The notes under the pieces are model-generated. The model was given only the letters and a program-made list of their open reading frames with translations. It did no database searches and was not told the DNA's origin. Shown one piece after another: positions 38,382 to 51,756 of a stretch of DNA of 64,000 nucleotides. A program made the position numbers and the translations under genes. The stretch is from NCBI RefSeq assembly GCF_006345805.1, contig NC_043000.1, positions 112,716,001-112,780,000 on the forward strand, in the 5' to 3' direction. The number at the start of each line of letters is the position of its first letter. The first letter of the stretch is position 1. Origin of the DNA: Octopus sinensis. Lineage: Eukaryota.

Positions 38382-40997
38382 ATAATATAAAAAGCGGCAA
38401 GCTGACAGAAACGTTAGCTCGCTGGCCGAAATGCTTTGTGGTATTTCGTCCGCCGTTACGTTCTGAGTTAAAATTCCATCGACGTTGATTTTGTCCTTCA
38501 TCCATCGGGGGGGGGGTTCGATAAAATAAGCACTAGTTGAGTACTAGGGTCGATGTAATCAATTTACCCACTTCTCTCGTAATTGCTGGTCATGTGCCAC
38601 AATCCGAAACCAATAAAATGAGAAAATGTTAAGAATTTCTACAAATTATTCCATCAAAACGGGAAGCACTGGAATTTCTACTTTTCCACTGCACTTTGGT
38701 ATCACGGAAGCAAGCTTGCCATTCAGTTTCGATTTTCTGCGAAATTCATTTAATTTAAGTTATAACAAATTATTAGTTTCTCTTCAGTTTTGTTACCATT
38801 GTTATCGAAACAATTCATTAAATCTTCACAAGAATATTTAATTAAATAAATAAATAAGAGTCTCTACACGAGACTCACGGTTAAATGCATTTAATTAAAA
38901 TGTCTTGCCGTTAATAATAAATCACAACAGACTTTTCTTCATTTATATTTTGTTTGCAAAATAATATTTATCCAAACAAACAACGGCAATCGCTGTAGTC
39001 GTGTGAGGAAGAGCTTCCTATGCCTCACTTTCTGGATTTTAGTCGGTACATCATCAGATTCTTAAACTATTTAACGCTCTTGTGATAGTTTGTAATCTTT
39101 CTAGCGACATACCGACCTCCACACAGTGTCCCAGATTTCCTGACATTCTAACCCTCCCATACAAGCACACCACCTCATATCATTATCATCGACGCCAGCT
39201 TCACCATCACAGCCAAGTCCATCCTTACCTTCAGCAGTTTTAGCACCACCACCGTTGCCGCCACCAGCATTAGCACAAGTAACATCACCACCAGCAGCAG
39301 CACACCACGACCACCGCCACCCATCACTACTGAACCGTCAATACCCCCAACAACCACTATCACCTTTCCCACGAGCAGAAGCACCACACTGCGCAACCAC
39401 CACCACCACCACCACCACCACCATCGTCGCCAAATTTGAAGTTCTTTCTGGCAATAAACAAATTAATTTTGTCTTCGAGATGCAATTCTTTAAAAAAATA
39501 GATTTACTGATTTATTGATTTCAAATTTTGGATTAAGGCCAGCAAATTCGGGGGCAGGAATTAAAACGATTACATCGACCCACAGTGTTCGACTGGTACT
39601 TATTTTATCGACCACGAAAGGATGAAAAGCGAATTCAACCACTGCAGAATTCGACTTCAGAACATAAAGGCGGACGAAACGCCGATTCGCATTTCTACCG
39701 ACTTGCTAGTGATTTTACCAGCTTATCGCCTTCAAATTCTGGCTCAAGGTCAGTCATTTCAGGGCATTTTAAGGTCCAGTTTTCAGTTGGACCTTATTTT
39801 ATCGACCAATCTCGGTGGAGTTCATCTCAGAACATAAAAGTGGACAAATTGATCTCAAAGCGTAAAAATGGACAAATTCCGATGAGGTAGACATTGCATT
39901 TCGTCCTTTCGGGATCGATAAAATAAGTACCAGTTGCACACTGGGGTAATTTAATTGACATACCTTACCCCAACAAATTGCTGAATTTTTGCCCAAATTT
40001 CAAATAAATGTTGAAAGTAGTTCCAATGCCGCTAAGCATTTTGCCCGGCGTGGTAACAACGATTCTGCCAGTTCACCGCTTTATTCTTCCTACTCTAGAT
40101 TCTTATACCTATTTCTTTAGTACCCACAAGGGGCTAAACACAGAGGGGACGAACAAGGATAGACAAACGGATTAAGTCGAATATATCGACACCAGTGCGT
40201 AACTGGTACGTATTTAATCTACCCCGAAAGGATGAAAGGCAAAGTCGACCTCGGCAGAATTTGAACTCAGAACGTAACGGCAAACGAATTACGGCTACGC
40301 ATTTCGCCCGGCGTGCTAACGTTTCTGCCAGCTTGCCGCCTTTATTCTCATATTAATAGCTTGCCGCCTAGATTCTTATACCGTAGCAGTGTTTCATGCA
40401 ATACTTTACAAGCGAACAGCATCACAATACGCAATACACCACAAAATGCGACGCCGTGTTGTGGTTATAAACAAACACACTGTAAAAAATCTTGTCTACT
40501 ATATGACTTATCAAAAAATACCATAGTTTAAGAAGAGTGTTAGAAAAGAAAAAAAAAAAAAATTATCACAAATACACGTTTCGAAACCAAATTTAGAAGA
40601 TATTGCACTTTACTGATGAGAATAATATCTTAGAGAAAATTGAATTACCAAGGTGACAAAATGACATTTCCTCTCACTTAAAATATAGAAATGTTCGGCT
40701 AATTAAAGAAGAAAAAACGTAAGCATACTTCGTTTCCGAGTTTTAAAGCAGGCACTTAAGCTGAAGTACACTGTCTACTCGCAGACTACCTAAATGGACT
40801 TGTTAAATTTATTATGGTGTACACGTTATAAAGCTGTTTATTTCCATGAAATACAAATTTACCCACACAACTAAACACAACTAAAAATCTTTTATATACA
40901 AGTGATTTGAACTTCAATATATATACATATACATATACACACATACATATATATATACATAGGTATATTTGTATATATATGTATCTATAAATATATA

Positions 40998-41029
<32 letters not shown>

Positions 41030-41158
41030 CATATATATATGTGTGTGTGTATGTGTGAGTGCATGTGGTGTGCATACATTCATGTATGTAATATATGTAT
41101 ATATGTATATTTGTGTGTGTGTGCGTGCGTGTATTAGTGCGTGTCTGTGTATGAAATA

Positions 41159-41270
<112 letters not shown>

Positions 41271-41691
41271 CATATATAAATACATATATAGCGCATTGTT
41301 GTAAATATACTACGAAATTGCGGTCCATTTGTGCTTTGGACGTATTTAAACAACCTGTGTAAGTGTAGCGCTACTAAAACGCAATTACAAACCAAACGGA
41401 ATGCACTTAAGTCAAGATCCTTCTCATGTCCTGAAAGCAACGACATCTTAACAAGACAAACACCATTTTGTCACGAGGTCACTTGAATTTTGTCTATGTC
41501 CGTCTCACATCCTACAGCCGTCAACATCGCTTGAGATTATTTTGAAAAATTATCAGTCATATTGTCACTTTATTGCAGGAATGTAGGAGTGGTGAATGGT
41601 AAATTGAGTTATGCCATTTCCTCATGTAGCTTTCTCTGAGCAGACTCTGCAAGATTTCTTCACATTTACTGTCAATATATATATAGACACA

Positions 41692-41946
41692 GTGTTCAAA
41701 AAGTCTCTCTGCAATGTCTTTTTTCATCTTGACTTTCGAAGAGTCAGACGCTCCTAGATGTGTTTCAAAACATGTGTAGAAGAGTCAACTTACGTATTGA
41801 AAACGAAAGTCGACACCTTCAACATCTTTTGTTAAGATTTTTAAAGTATTGTAAAGTCTAACATATTCTTTTGTAGTCTTATACCATCTTATAAAAATTT
41901 ATTTTGCAATAAAAACTTACTTACTGCGGAGGGACTTTTTGAACAC
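41692..41946. mobile_element. Mariner-type MITE
   Basis: Imperfect TIRs GTGTTCAAAAAGTCTCTCTGCA / TGCGGAGGGACTTTTTGAACAC. Confidence 0.65.
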
Positions 41947-41961
41947 CCTCCATTTGCGTGT

Positions 41962-42015
<54 letters not shown>

Positions 42016-42116
42016 TATATATATGTGTATATACATACATATATATATGTATCTATATGTAATATATATATATATGTATATACATACATACCTACATACA
42101 TACATACATACATACA

Positions 42117-42150
<34 letters not shown>

Positions 42151-42826
42151 CATTCAATACCTTTTTTTTTGCTGTATTGTGCATCCGTTTCATTTTGCAT
42201 CTGTCATTTAGTATTGATCTTCTGTGGAAATGAAGCTGTGTCCTTTAATTTGTTGCTTTTCTATACACAAAATGAGAAGATACCTCGTAGAACAGTACTT
42301 ATTTTAATGAGACATCACCTGAAGAGACACATCTAAACCAACAGATGCTCCTAAACTAGTTGTTAAGTATCTGACCCATGAACGATCAATGGTAGATGGG
42401 TTGAAGCAACTGTAGTGATTAATAAACAATCTTATTTATATAAGATTAATGCCTCTCTCATTAATCAAATATTTATATATAGAGAGAAAGAAAGAACAAA
42501 GTGACGTACGCCGCTGGATATATATAATATATATATTATATATATTTTTTTATATATATTATATATAATATATTATATATATATATATAATTATATATAT
42601 ATATTATATATTTTTTTATATATATATTATATATATTTGTATGGTTTTCATTTAACTACAAATTGTTATATACACCTGTTTTTCTTTTAATATCCTCAAA
42701 CAACCAAATAATCAAAACTCACACCCTTAAGAGAGAACATTTATATACATATACACTTCTTTAACTCCCAAGAAAGAATATATATATTTTCAAAAATCAA
42801 AAGGAAAACAAACAAAGAAAACAAAC

Positions 42827-44058
42827 ATGACTAACTTGCAGGCCTGCAACAGACGAAATTGGTCTGATAACGAAATTGATGTTTTAATAAACACATGGTT
42901 CTCTCTTTCCCAAACAGAAAATCTAAATGTCTTGTGTTTGAATGAGATTGCCGAAAAAACATCACAAGTGGTCAACACACGATCCGTCAAACAGATTCGT
43001 AGCAAGCTGAAACATATCGAAGTATCTTTCAAACTGATAAAAGGCCATTATGAAAAGCTTCTTCATATTTTCACAGTTCAAGAACAACAACAGCTAGAAA
43101 ATCAGCAGCCACAACAACAACAACAACAGAATGAGCCACTCCTGGTTCCCAGCACAATGGCTGACCCTAACATCGGTCAAGCACAACAACAACAACAACA
43201 GCCACAGCAACAAGAACAACAACAGCCACTCCTCAAATCTAGCTTACTAGATGATTCACTAAATGCCAGTATCTTTTCACCGCTCTCACAGCAACCACCA
43301 CAATATCATCATCATCATCACCACCGCTGCCACCATCGTCTTCTATCACCAAAAATACCAACAGAAAACCAAATAAGAAACCACTGCCCTCTTCCCCCAC
43401 ACCACCACCACCTCAATACTACTGCAGTAACAAAAACTTAAAGAAACATAGGAAGCAGAATGCGCCCCCCACGGCACAAACAAGAAATCCCCAAATATGC
43501 CGCTATTCACTGCGCCAGAGACTCTGCACAAATAGTGACTGCATCTTCACGCATCTACCCGGCACTAGACGCACTACCGGCCAAGGCCAAAGCACGCATC
43601 CCACAATAACATCAACACCACCAAATAGTAAATCGAAATTCAAAACACACACAACTCGGAGTCCCAAAATCTGCCGGTATTCCCAACGTGAGAGAACATG
43701 TCTACTGAGTGACTGTCCCTTCACCCATCTTCCAGGGACCCGACGCACAAACAGAAACGGGGCTTCAAGCCAACACACAAACCTGAATAACAATAAAAAT
43801 AGAAACACACCATGCTTCAGTAATGCTGGTCCAGTCTTTTCAGGAAGACACAAAAACAACAACAACAAAAGTGTAAACTACAACCCTATCCAACAGTGCA
43901 ACCACACCTCCAGCCAAAAACTGCTCCCTAAGCAGGAAAATTCTTTTTTAGCCATGTTGAACATGGCAAAAGAGATACACAAAAACATTCTAGCCATCAC
44001 TCAACACCATCCTATGCTATTACCCCAGTGCACCAATTCCCCACATTGCTGCCACTAA
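42827..44058 (+). CDS. LINE ORF1 (one frameshift between ~43243 and 43440): Myb/SANT-like N-terminus, poly-Q, two CX8CX4CX3H zinc fingers
   Basis: Frame 2: RRNWSDNEIDVLINTW..EIAEK..RSVKQIRSKLKHI. Frame 1 (open from 43243 to the stop at 44056-44058; no early start codon, so absent from the track): ICRYSLRQRLCTNSDCIFTHLPGTRR and ICRYSQRERTCLLSDCPFTHLPGTRR. Confidence 0.75.
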
Positions 44059-47000
44059 CACACACAAAAAATCCAAGCCCCTTGCAACAGTCAAAACCAG
44101 CCACTACACTAACCTCCACATTCCTACTCAATGCACAAGGTGTCAGCCCTTCCATCAATGCACAAAAATGGAAGGTCCAATTCATTGAAGACTGGGTTGG
44201 TAACCATTCACACCACATCCCTTTCTTCATTCTCACTGAGACCCACCTTGACAACTCCCACTTGGAAGCCGAAGTGAGAGTGAAGAATTTCACAACCATC
44301 CGCGCGGATCGTATCGGCAGGAGGAAGGGTGGAACTGCCATTTTCCTGCATGATTCATTTACGGCAGATGGAAATAGTATATTCTCCAACGGCTACTGTG
44401 AATCAGTCACCGTGCACAACAAAGCCAATGACCTGACAGTAATTGGGCTCTATAGGCCGCCCCAAACACCCATACTGTGCTTTAAAGAATGCCTCAACAG
44501 CATTAAGTGCTTTATTCAACAGTGCCATTCTAGCAACATACTCATGATGGGAGACTTCAATCTACCCTGTGTTGACTGGACTACAAACTGTTTGAAACCA
44601 AGCACTCCCGCCTCAACCGCTGGCAAAGAAGCAGCAGAGTCACTTTTCGACTTTACGAATGAGTTTTTCTTGTCCCAACTTGTCCTTGCACCAACAACAT
44701 CAGAACATTTTGGACCTAGTGTTTAGTAACCACACTAACACTATACATAACGTTACAGTGGAAAAAACCCTTCTTTCAGACCATGACATGGTTCTCTGTA
44801 ACATGAAATTCCACCAGCCGAAAGCTAATCCTAGTGACCTTCCTCCAGCCCACCCATTTGACAACATGGATCTCCATAAAGCCAACTGGGATGCAATCAG
44901 GAACGAGCTATCAAATGTTGACTGGTCCTTTACACATACACACATCTCCACCAACCATAAAACATCTTGGCAGATCTTTGTAGACACCGTCACAGTCATA
45001 TGTGCAAAACACTCCCCACCAAGACCTGTGAACAAAAAGTGCAGAATCCCCCAAAACAGAAAAACCATTATCAGAAAAATAAAAAGAACAAACAAAAAAA
45101 TTAACAAACTAAAGTACTGCCAACAGCAACACACACATTCGACGGCTATCGCACTGCTTGAATCCAAAAAATATAACCTCCAACAATGCATGAAGACCCT
45201 CATCAATAACCAAAGATCAGCTGAGGAGAAGTGGGCCATTGAAAAAATCAAACTCAACCCCAAAGTGTTCTTTTCATTTGCGAGGAAACGCAGGGTCACT
45301 GTCTCCACTGTAGGCCCTCTAATTGACGAAACTGGCACTCTCCAATATAATGCCAAATCCATGGCCGAGATACTGCAGAAACAATACTCCTCTGTTTTCA
45401 GCAATCCTGATATGGCCGATCTGGGCTGTATCAGTGATGTCAACCCCCAACACACTATATCGGACATAACGTTTAGTGCCCCTGATGTCTTAGCGGCGAT
45501 AAACGAAATAAAACACAATCCAGCAGTAGGCCCCGATAGGTTCCCTGCTTGTGTCCTGAAGGTGTGTCGACACCAACTTGCATCTCCCCTTGCTAATCTG
45601 TGGAGAAACTCACTGGATGCTGGCTATATTCCAAAAAACCTTCTGTCCCAGTCTGTTGTCCCAGTTTTCAAAAAGGGAAACAAGTCCCTTGCAGTGAATT
45701 ACCGTCCGATCTCACTCACCTCTCATATCATCAAGGTATTTGAGAGGGTGGTGAGATCTCGAATAACCCAATTTCTGGAAAGCAACAGACGGCTGATCTC
45801 CAACCAACATGGGTTCCGTAATGGAAGGGACTGCCTAACGCAGCTCCTGCATCACTTTGAGGACATTTTGAGAGCTTTGGGAGAGGGCTCCAACACCGAT
45901 GTCATCTACCTTGATTTCAGTAAGGCCTTCGACAGGTCGATCACAAGATCCTATTGAAAAAACTATCCAACATTGGTGTCTCTGGAAAGTTACTGAAATG
46001 GATCAAGTGTTTCCTGACAGACAGATCTCAACATGTTGTAGTTGAAGGGGTAAAATCAAGCCCAGCCAAAGTCAGTAGTGGCGTTCCGCAAGGCACTGTG
46101 CTGGGCCCACTTCTTTTCATCATTTACATTAATGACATTAATGACATCATCAAGCACAGCAACATAAAAATCTTTGCAGATGACTCCAAGCTACAAAAGG
46201 TCATAAATGAGGCGAGTGACCGGACATGCCTTCAGTCAGATCTACTGGCTGTTATCCAATGGGCAGAAAAAAACAATATGCTGCTGAACGAGGATAAATT
46301 TGAGCTAATCCACTTTGGAAAAGAGGATGCCCTGAAACTCCCATACTCCCTTCCTTCAGGTGAAACTCTCGCGGCGTCCAACAACATCAGAGACTTGGGA
46401 GTAATTGTGGACAACAACATAAGCTGGGCCACTCATATACACACCAAAGTTGACATGGCCCGCAGAATGTGTTCCTGGCTTCTCAGAACTTTCCAGTCGA
46501 GAGATATCCACACCATTATCCTTCTCTTCTCCACTTTTGCCCGACCCCACCTTGAATACTGTTGTCCACTGTGGTCTCCCCACACAATACAAGGTATCAT
46601 AAAAGTTGAAGCACCTCAAAGGGCAATCACAAAAAAGATAGATGGCATGACAGGCCTCGACTATTGGGGTCGACTAGAAAAGCTAAAACTCTATTCTCTC
46701 CAACGTCGTCGTGAGCGCTACATCATCTGCATGATGTGGAAAATATTCCATCAGCATTGCCCAAATGATGTTGGCATCACCTTTAAGGTACATCCAAGGC
46801 TTGGGCCCCGTGCCATCCGCCCAAAACAAAAATCGCACTCTCATTTCATAACAACAATACGGCACAATTATTTCACCTCAATTGGCCCGCTCTCTTTAAC
46901 ATTACACCAAAACACATTAAAACAGAAACTGACCCTATAGGATTCAAGAAGTCTTTGGACAGATTCCTTCAAGAAATCCCGGATAAACCCCCTACACCCG

Positions 47001-47059
47001 GATATGTCTCTGTAAACAATAACTCTCTACTTGAGTGGGCCATAGTGCCCAAATTCTGA
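43932..47059 (+). CDS. LINE ORF2: AP endonuclease + reverse transcriptase, with three 1-bp frameshifts (~44695, ~45936, ~46888)
   Basis: APE motifs LNAQG, LTETHL, GGTAIF, LYRPP, MGDFN, NILDLVF, SDH; RT motifs YRPISLTS, QHGFR, DFSKAFD, VPQGTVLGPLLF, FADD; restored C-terminus FKKSLDRFLQEIPDKP..NSLLEWAIVPKF* ending at 47059. Confidence 0.92.
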
Positions 47060-47148
47060 CTTGAAAGACTTCACCAGGTGGTGCTATTAAGTTAGACATG
47101 GCCTGGGCCAATAATGGCCGAAACCTATCAAAGTATCAAAGTATCAAA

Positions 47149-47189
<41 letters not shown>

Positions 47190-48001
47190 CAATATTTGAG
47201 GGAATAAAATCCAAAACTTACAAGGAAAATTCAGAAATACTAAATCACAATATAATATATATATATAAAAATTAGAAAAAAACCCCACCTTTTATCAATT
47301 CAAAATGAATAATTAAATTACACCATCTAGAAAATTACATATAATAGAAATATTAACATTAAAATAACAATAAAATGTCAAAGATTAAGTAAATTGTAAA
47401 AAAAATAATGATAATAATAACGTATATAAATTGTAGAATAACGACACGTGTTTCGTGGCTATATTTAAGAAATGATTATAGTGTTAGAGAAATCACTTCG
47501 ATATAAATATAAATATAGTGACTATATCATACTTCATATATTTATCTATTGATACAATATCATTTATATTATGGACGTGTATCTTCTGTGATTATTTGAT
47601 GTAACTTTTCCTGTTTTTACTTTATAATAGCAGAGATACCCGGCCTTGCTCGGAATTAAGCTAGGATAGTTTTGTATTGTTTTACTTGGTAAAGACATGT
47701 AAACTATGGCCATGCTGGAGCACCGTCTTTGGTCGAAAAAATTCGAACACAGGACTTATTCATTGTAAGCCCAGTACTTAAGCTGTTTGTCTTTTGCCGA
47801 ACGGTTAAGTTATGAGATGGTGCATGAGGGGGAACAAACACAGACACAAATACATACACACAGAATATACATATATAGGATATACTGCACTCAATACCCT
47901 GACATGGCTTTGGTCAGCCCAAGTAGAAGACCCTTTCCCAGGGACTGAACCCGAAACATGTGGTTAGCAAGCAAGCTTCTTAGCACACAGCCACGCCCGA
48001 A

Positions 48002-48061
<60 letters not shown>

Positions 48062-48069
<8 letters not shown>

Positions 48070-48290
48070 TAAATATAGGGAAAGTTTACGAAAAAAAACA
48101 AAAGACGAAGACAGGTGGTGTACAAAACAAACAGATGTATCAGTATAACGCTAAGGAATAGAAAACAGTCTTTTACGTTTCGAGCCTACGCTCTTCTACA
48201 GAAAGGTACACAGAAAAAACAAGGAGAGAAACAAGGAGAGAAAAAAAATGTGTGTAGTGGCTAACGATCTATCATGACGTATGGAATATG
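48062..48290 (-). mobile_element. (TA)n-abutting Penelope-type repeat with a degenerate minimal hammerhead (48170-48205)
   Basis: Minus strand CTTT-CTGTAGA-A-GAGC-GTAG-GCTC-GAAAC-GTA-AAAG: stems I and II intact, one substitution in the CUGANGA core. Confidence 0.6.
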
Positions 48291-48574
48291 TATATATACA
48301 CAAACACACACATATATATATACATATATATACCTATATACATATATGTATATGCATATATTTACACATGCATAAATATTTCAGTCCATTATAACGTGTT
48401 TGTGTGTGTGTGTGTGTGTGTGTGAGCGTGCAAATACTAGCTCAACAATAATAATTCCATCAAACAATAATACATATATACATGCATACATACATACACA
48501 CCACACGTGTAGATATGTATGCCTGTATGTATGTATATATGTATGTATACATGCATGTATGTATGTGTGCATGC

Positions 48575-48662
<88 letters not shown>

Positions 48663-49672
48663 ATATATCAACATACATATATATATCACTGATTGTTTAA
48701 AATATTATTGAATATCAACTTCCGATAAATCAGACCGTCTACTACGTGTTTCAAAATGATAAACAAAATGATCGAGCTTAAGATTTCTAATGTCCTATAT
48801 TTAGAGAATTCTGGGTGTGATTTGGGGAGGGTAGGTTGTTAGGGGCAAGTACAAGATTCCTCTTTGTGTATGTATTGATTCTCTGTATTTTGAGATCAGA
48901 TCCCGCCGAGGTCAACATTATTTATCTTTCCGGGTCAATAAATTCTGACATTTTAGGATGCTGTATTATTAGGACTGTAAAGAAGTCGGACCGGCTGCCT
49001 TGCGGTGTCTATCTCAGCCCATTGTCATTTGAGTTCAAACATCACCATGATCTACGTGGATGTTAATCCTTAATCAACGAGTTCCCATTTCGCCGAGGTC
49101 AACTTTGAATTTCATCCTTTCGGAAACGTTGAAATAAGTACCCGTTACGCACTGGTGGGAGGTGTTAATGAAATCGATTTTCCTGCTCCTCCAAATTCCA
49201 GGCCTTGTGCCTAGAGTAGAAAAGAATCGTTGGCACGCCGAGCAAAATACTTAGCGGAACGTCTTTCGTCCTTACGTTCAAATTCCACCGACGTCGACTT
49301 TGCCTTTCATCATATCGAGATCGATAAAATAGATACAAGTTGAACAGTGGGGTCGAGATAATCGACTTTCTCTCTACTACAGAATTGCTGGCCTTGTACC
49401 AAAACGTGAAATCAATATTCATTATTTGATTTTGTTGTTTACAATTTGGCTTTCAAATAATCATTACTACATAGACCCCAGTAGCCAACTGGTAATCAAC
49501 TTATCGACCTCGAAAAGATGAAAGCAAAGTCGGCCTCGGCGTAATTTGAACTCAGAACTCAAAATAATGCCACCTTGTAGTTTTACATTCGCCTCCAATC
49601 ATTAGCGTAATACCTTTCTAATTTCTATTTCCTAACAAACAAAGTTTTCCTTAGTCGATGTAATAAACAATT

Positions 49673-50035
49673 AAGGCGGTGAATTTGGCAGAAACGTTAA
49701 CGCGCCGGGCAAAATGCTTCGTGGTATTGCGTCTGCCGCTACGTTCTGAGTTCAAATTCCGCCGAGGTCGACTTTGCCTTTCATCCTTTCGGGGTCGATT
49801 AAATAAGTACCAGTTGCGCACTGGGGCCGATGTAATCGACTTAATCCCTTTTGTCTGTCCTTGTTTGTCCCTTCTGTGTTTAGCCCCTTATGGGTAGTAA
49901 AAGAAATAGGTATTTCGTCTGTCTTTTTGCTCTGAGATCGACTTTGCCTTTCATTCTTCCGGGGTCGACAAATTAAGTACCAATTGTGTACTGGGGTCGA
50001 TCTAATCGACTGAAACCCCCACCCCAAAAATTTCG
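49673..50035 (+). mobile_element. Dimeric SINE B (long unit + 5'-truncated short unit); other copies at 50437-50845 (-), 61840-62155 (-) and a deleted form at ~40090-40342 (-)
   Basis: Full head and body, then TTGTCCC..TCTGTGTTTAGCCCCTT(G/A)TGGGTAGTAAAGAAATAG, then a restart at GTATTTCGTCTGTC and a second body ending in the short tail. Confidence 0.75.
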
Positions 50036-51512
50036 GAAAAATTATATTTGATGCCTTGAATATAAATCAATAATGACATTTGACCATGCAGTGGACATCA
50101 AAACACCAAATGCTCAGTCTAAATAATGATTTCAAATTGTGGCAGACGGCCAACAACTTCAGGGGAGGGGATAAATCGATCAGATCGATCTCAGTGTTCA
50201 AGATGCATTTATTTTATTCGACCCTGAAAGGATAAAAGATAAATTCAATCTCAGCGGAATTTGAACTCAAAACAATGTTTCTATGCGATTTGACCGGCGT
50301 GCTATCCGATACGATGAAAAGCAAAGTCAACCCCGGACTGAGAAGCTAAGAACGGACAAAATGATTTTATGAATTTGGACCGGCGTCCTAACGACTCTGC
50401 CATCACGCCGCCTTGATCAGCTTAAATAATATTAAGAGATTCTTTTCTACTCTAGGCACAAGACCCGAAATTTTGGGGGAGAGGGCCAGTCGATTAGACC
50501 GAACCAGTACGTAACTGGTACTTAATTTATCGAATCCCGAGAGGATGGAAGGCAAAGTCGACCTCGGCGGAACTTGAAATCAAAGCGTAAAGACAGACGA
50601 AATATCTATTTCTATTTCTTTACTACCCACAAGAGGCTAAACACAGAGAGGACAAACGAGTACAGACAAACGGAATAAGTCGATTATATCGACCCCAGTG
50701 CGTAACTGGTACTTATTTAATCGACTCCGAAAGGATGAAAGGCAAAGTCGACCTCGGCGGAATTTGAACTCACAACGTAACGGCAGACAAAATACGGCTA
50801 CGCATTTCGCCCGCCGTGCTAACGTTTCTGCCATCTCGCCGCCTAAGAGATATCGTTTTTATAGATTTCTTTTTGATGCTTGATATTCTATGCGTTTCGT
50901 TTTTGCTTCAGTTAAAGGTAGAAAACGGATGGCAAAATACTCATGAACGCTTCATAGCCTATTAGAACCTGTTTATTCCGGATAATTGTCTTTAATACTA
51001 CTTTATCAATATCCACTTGCTTTTATGAGACAGTCGGGTGTAATTTCAATGAGATTTGGTTGATATTTCTTGTAGAAAGCCCTCAAGTAACGTGTTAATG
51101 TTGGTCTTGTCGATCGGTGCAATTATAATAATGACAGCTTCAACCCAACAGAAGAAGGATTAAAATGAATCCATTTCTGAGCCGCTGATCTTTCCCCCTG
51201 AAGCATTATCTAAAACAATATATCAAACCAAGATATCCAATGTTTTCTCTTTTGATGGAGATTTCACTAATAACTCAAACAAACAGAGCAACAACAAAGC
51301 TGCCATAATGTTATGGCTGGTGTCCTTATTTCGCCCCAAACTGAAAAGCTTTCTTATTCATGCTGCTTTTTATTGTTGTCCTTGCTTAGCGTCAGACTAC
51401 GCGGTTGCAACATAGTTGTTGTTGTTGAGATTATTGTTCACCTTCTTTAGTTTCAAAACATGATTGAAATGTCTTGTAATTAAAAGCTGTGAAATCACGA
51501 AAAGTATTAAGC

Positions 51513-51671
51513 GCAGGCGTGGCTCTGTGGTAAGTGGCTTGCTTAGCAAACACATGGTATCGAGTCCAGTCCCACTGCGTGGCATCTTGGGCAAGTGTCT
51601 TCTACTGTAGTCTCGGGCCAACCAAAGCTTTGTGAGGGTATTTGGTAGACGGAAACTGGAAGAAGACCGTC

Positions 51672-51756
<85 letters not shown>

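Larger units (their letters stand above)
42650..47149 (+). mobile_element. Near full-length CR1-like (Jockey-group) LINE
   Basis: ORF1 + ORF2 (APE-RT), a short 3' UTR with a GGCC-AATAAT-GGCC hairpin, and a (TATCAAAG)3 tail at 47126-47149 running into (TA)n. The 5' boundary is approximate. Confidence 0.92.

Noticed and set aside
43346-46865. Minus-strand ORFs (e.g. 44700-45518, 272 aa)
   Set aside because: Antisense shadows of the LINE ORFs with no independent motifs.
47106-47125. GGCC-loop-GGCC-GAAAC as a hammerhead in the LINE 3' UTR
   Set aside because: No CUGANGA upstream; better explained as the 3' recognition stem-loop of a CR1-like element.
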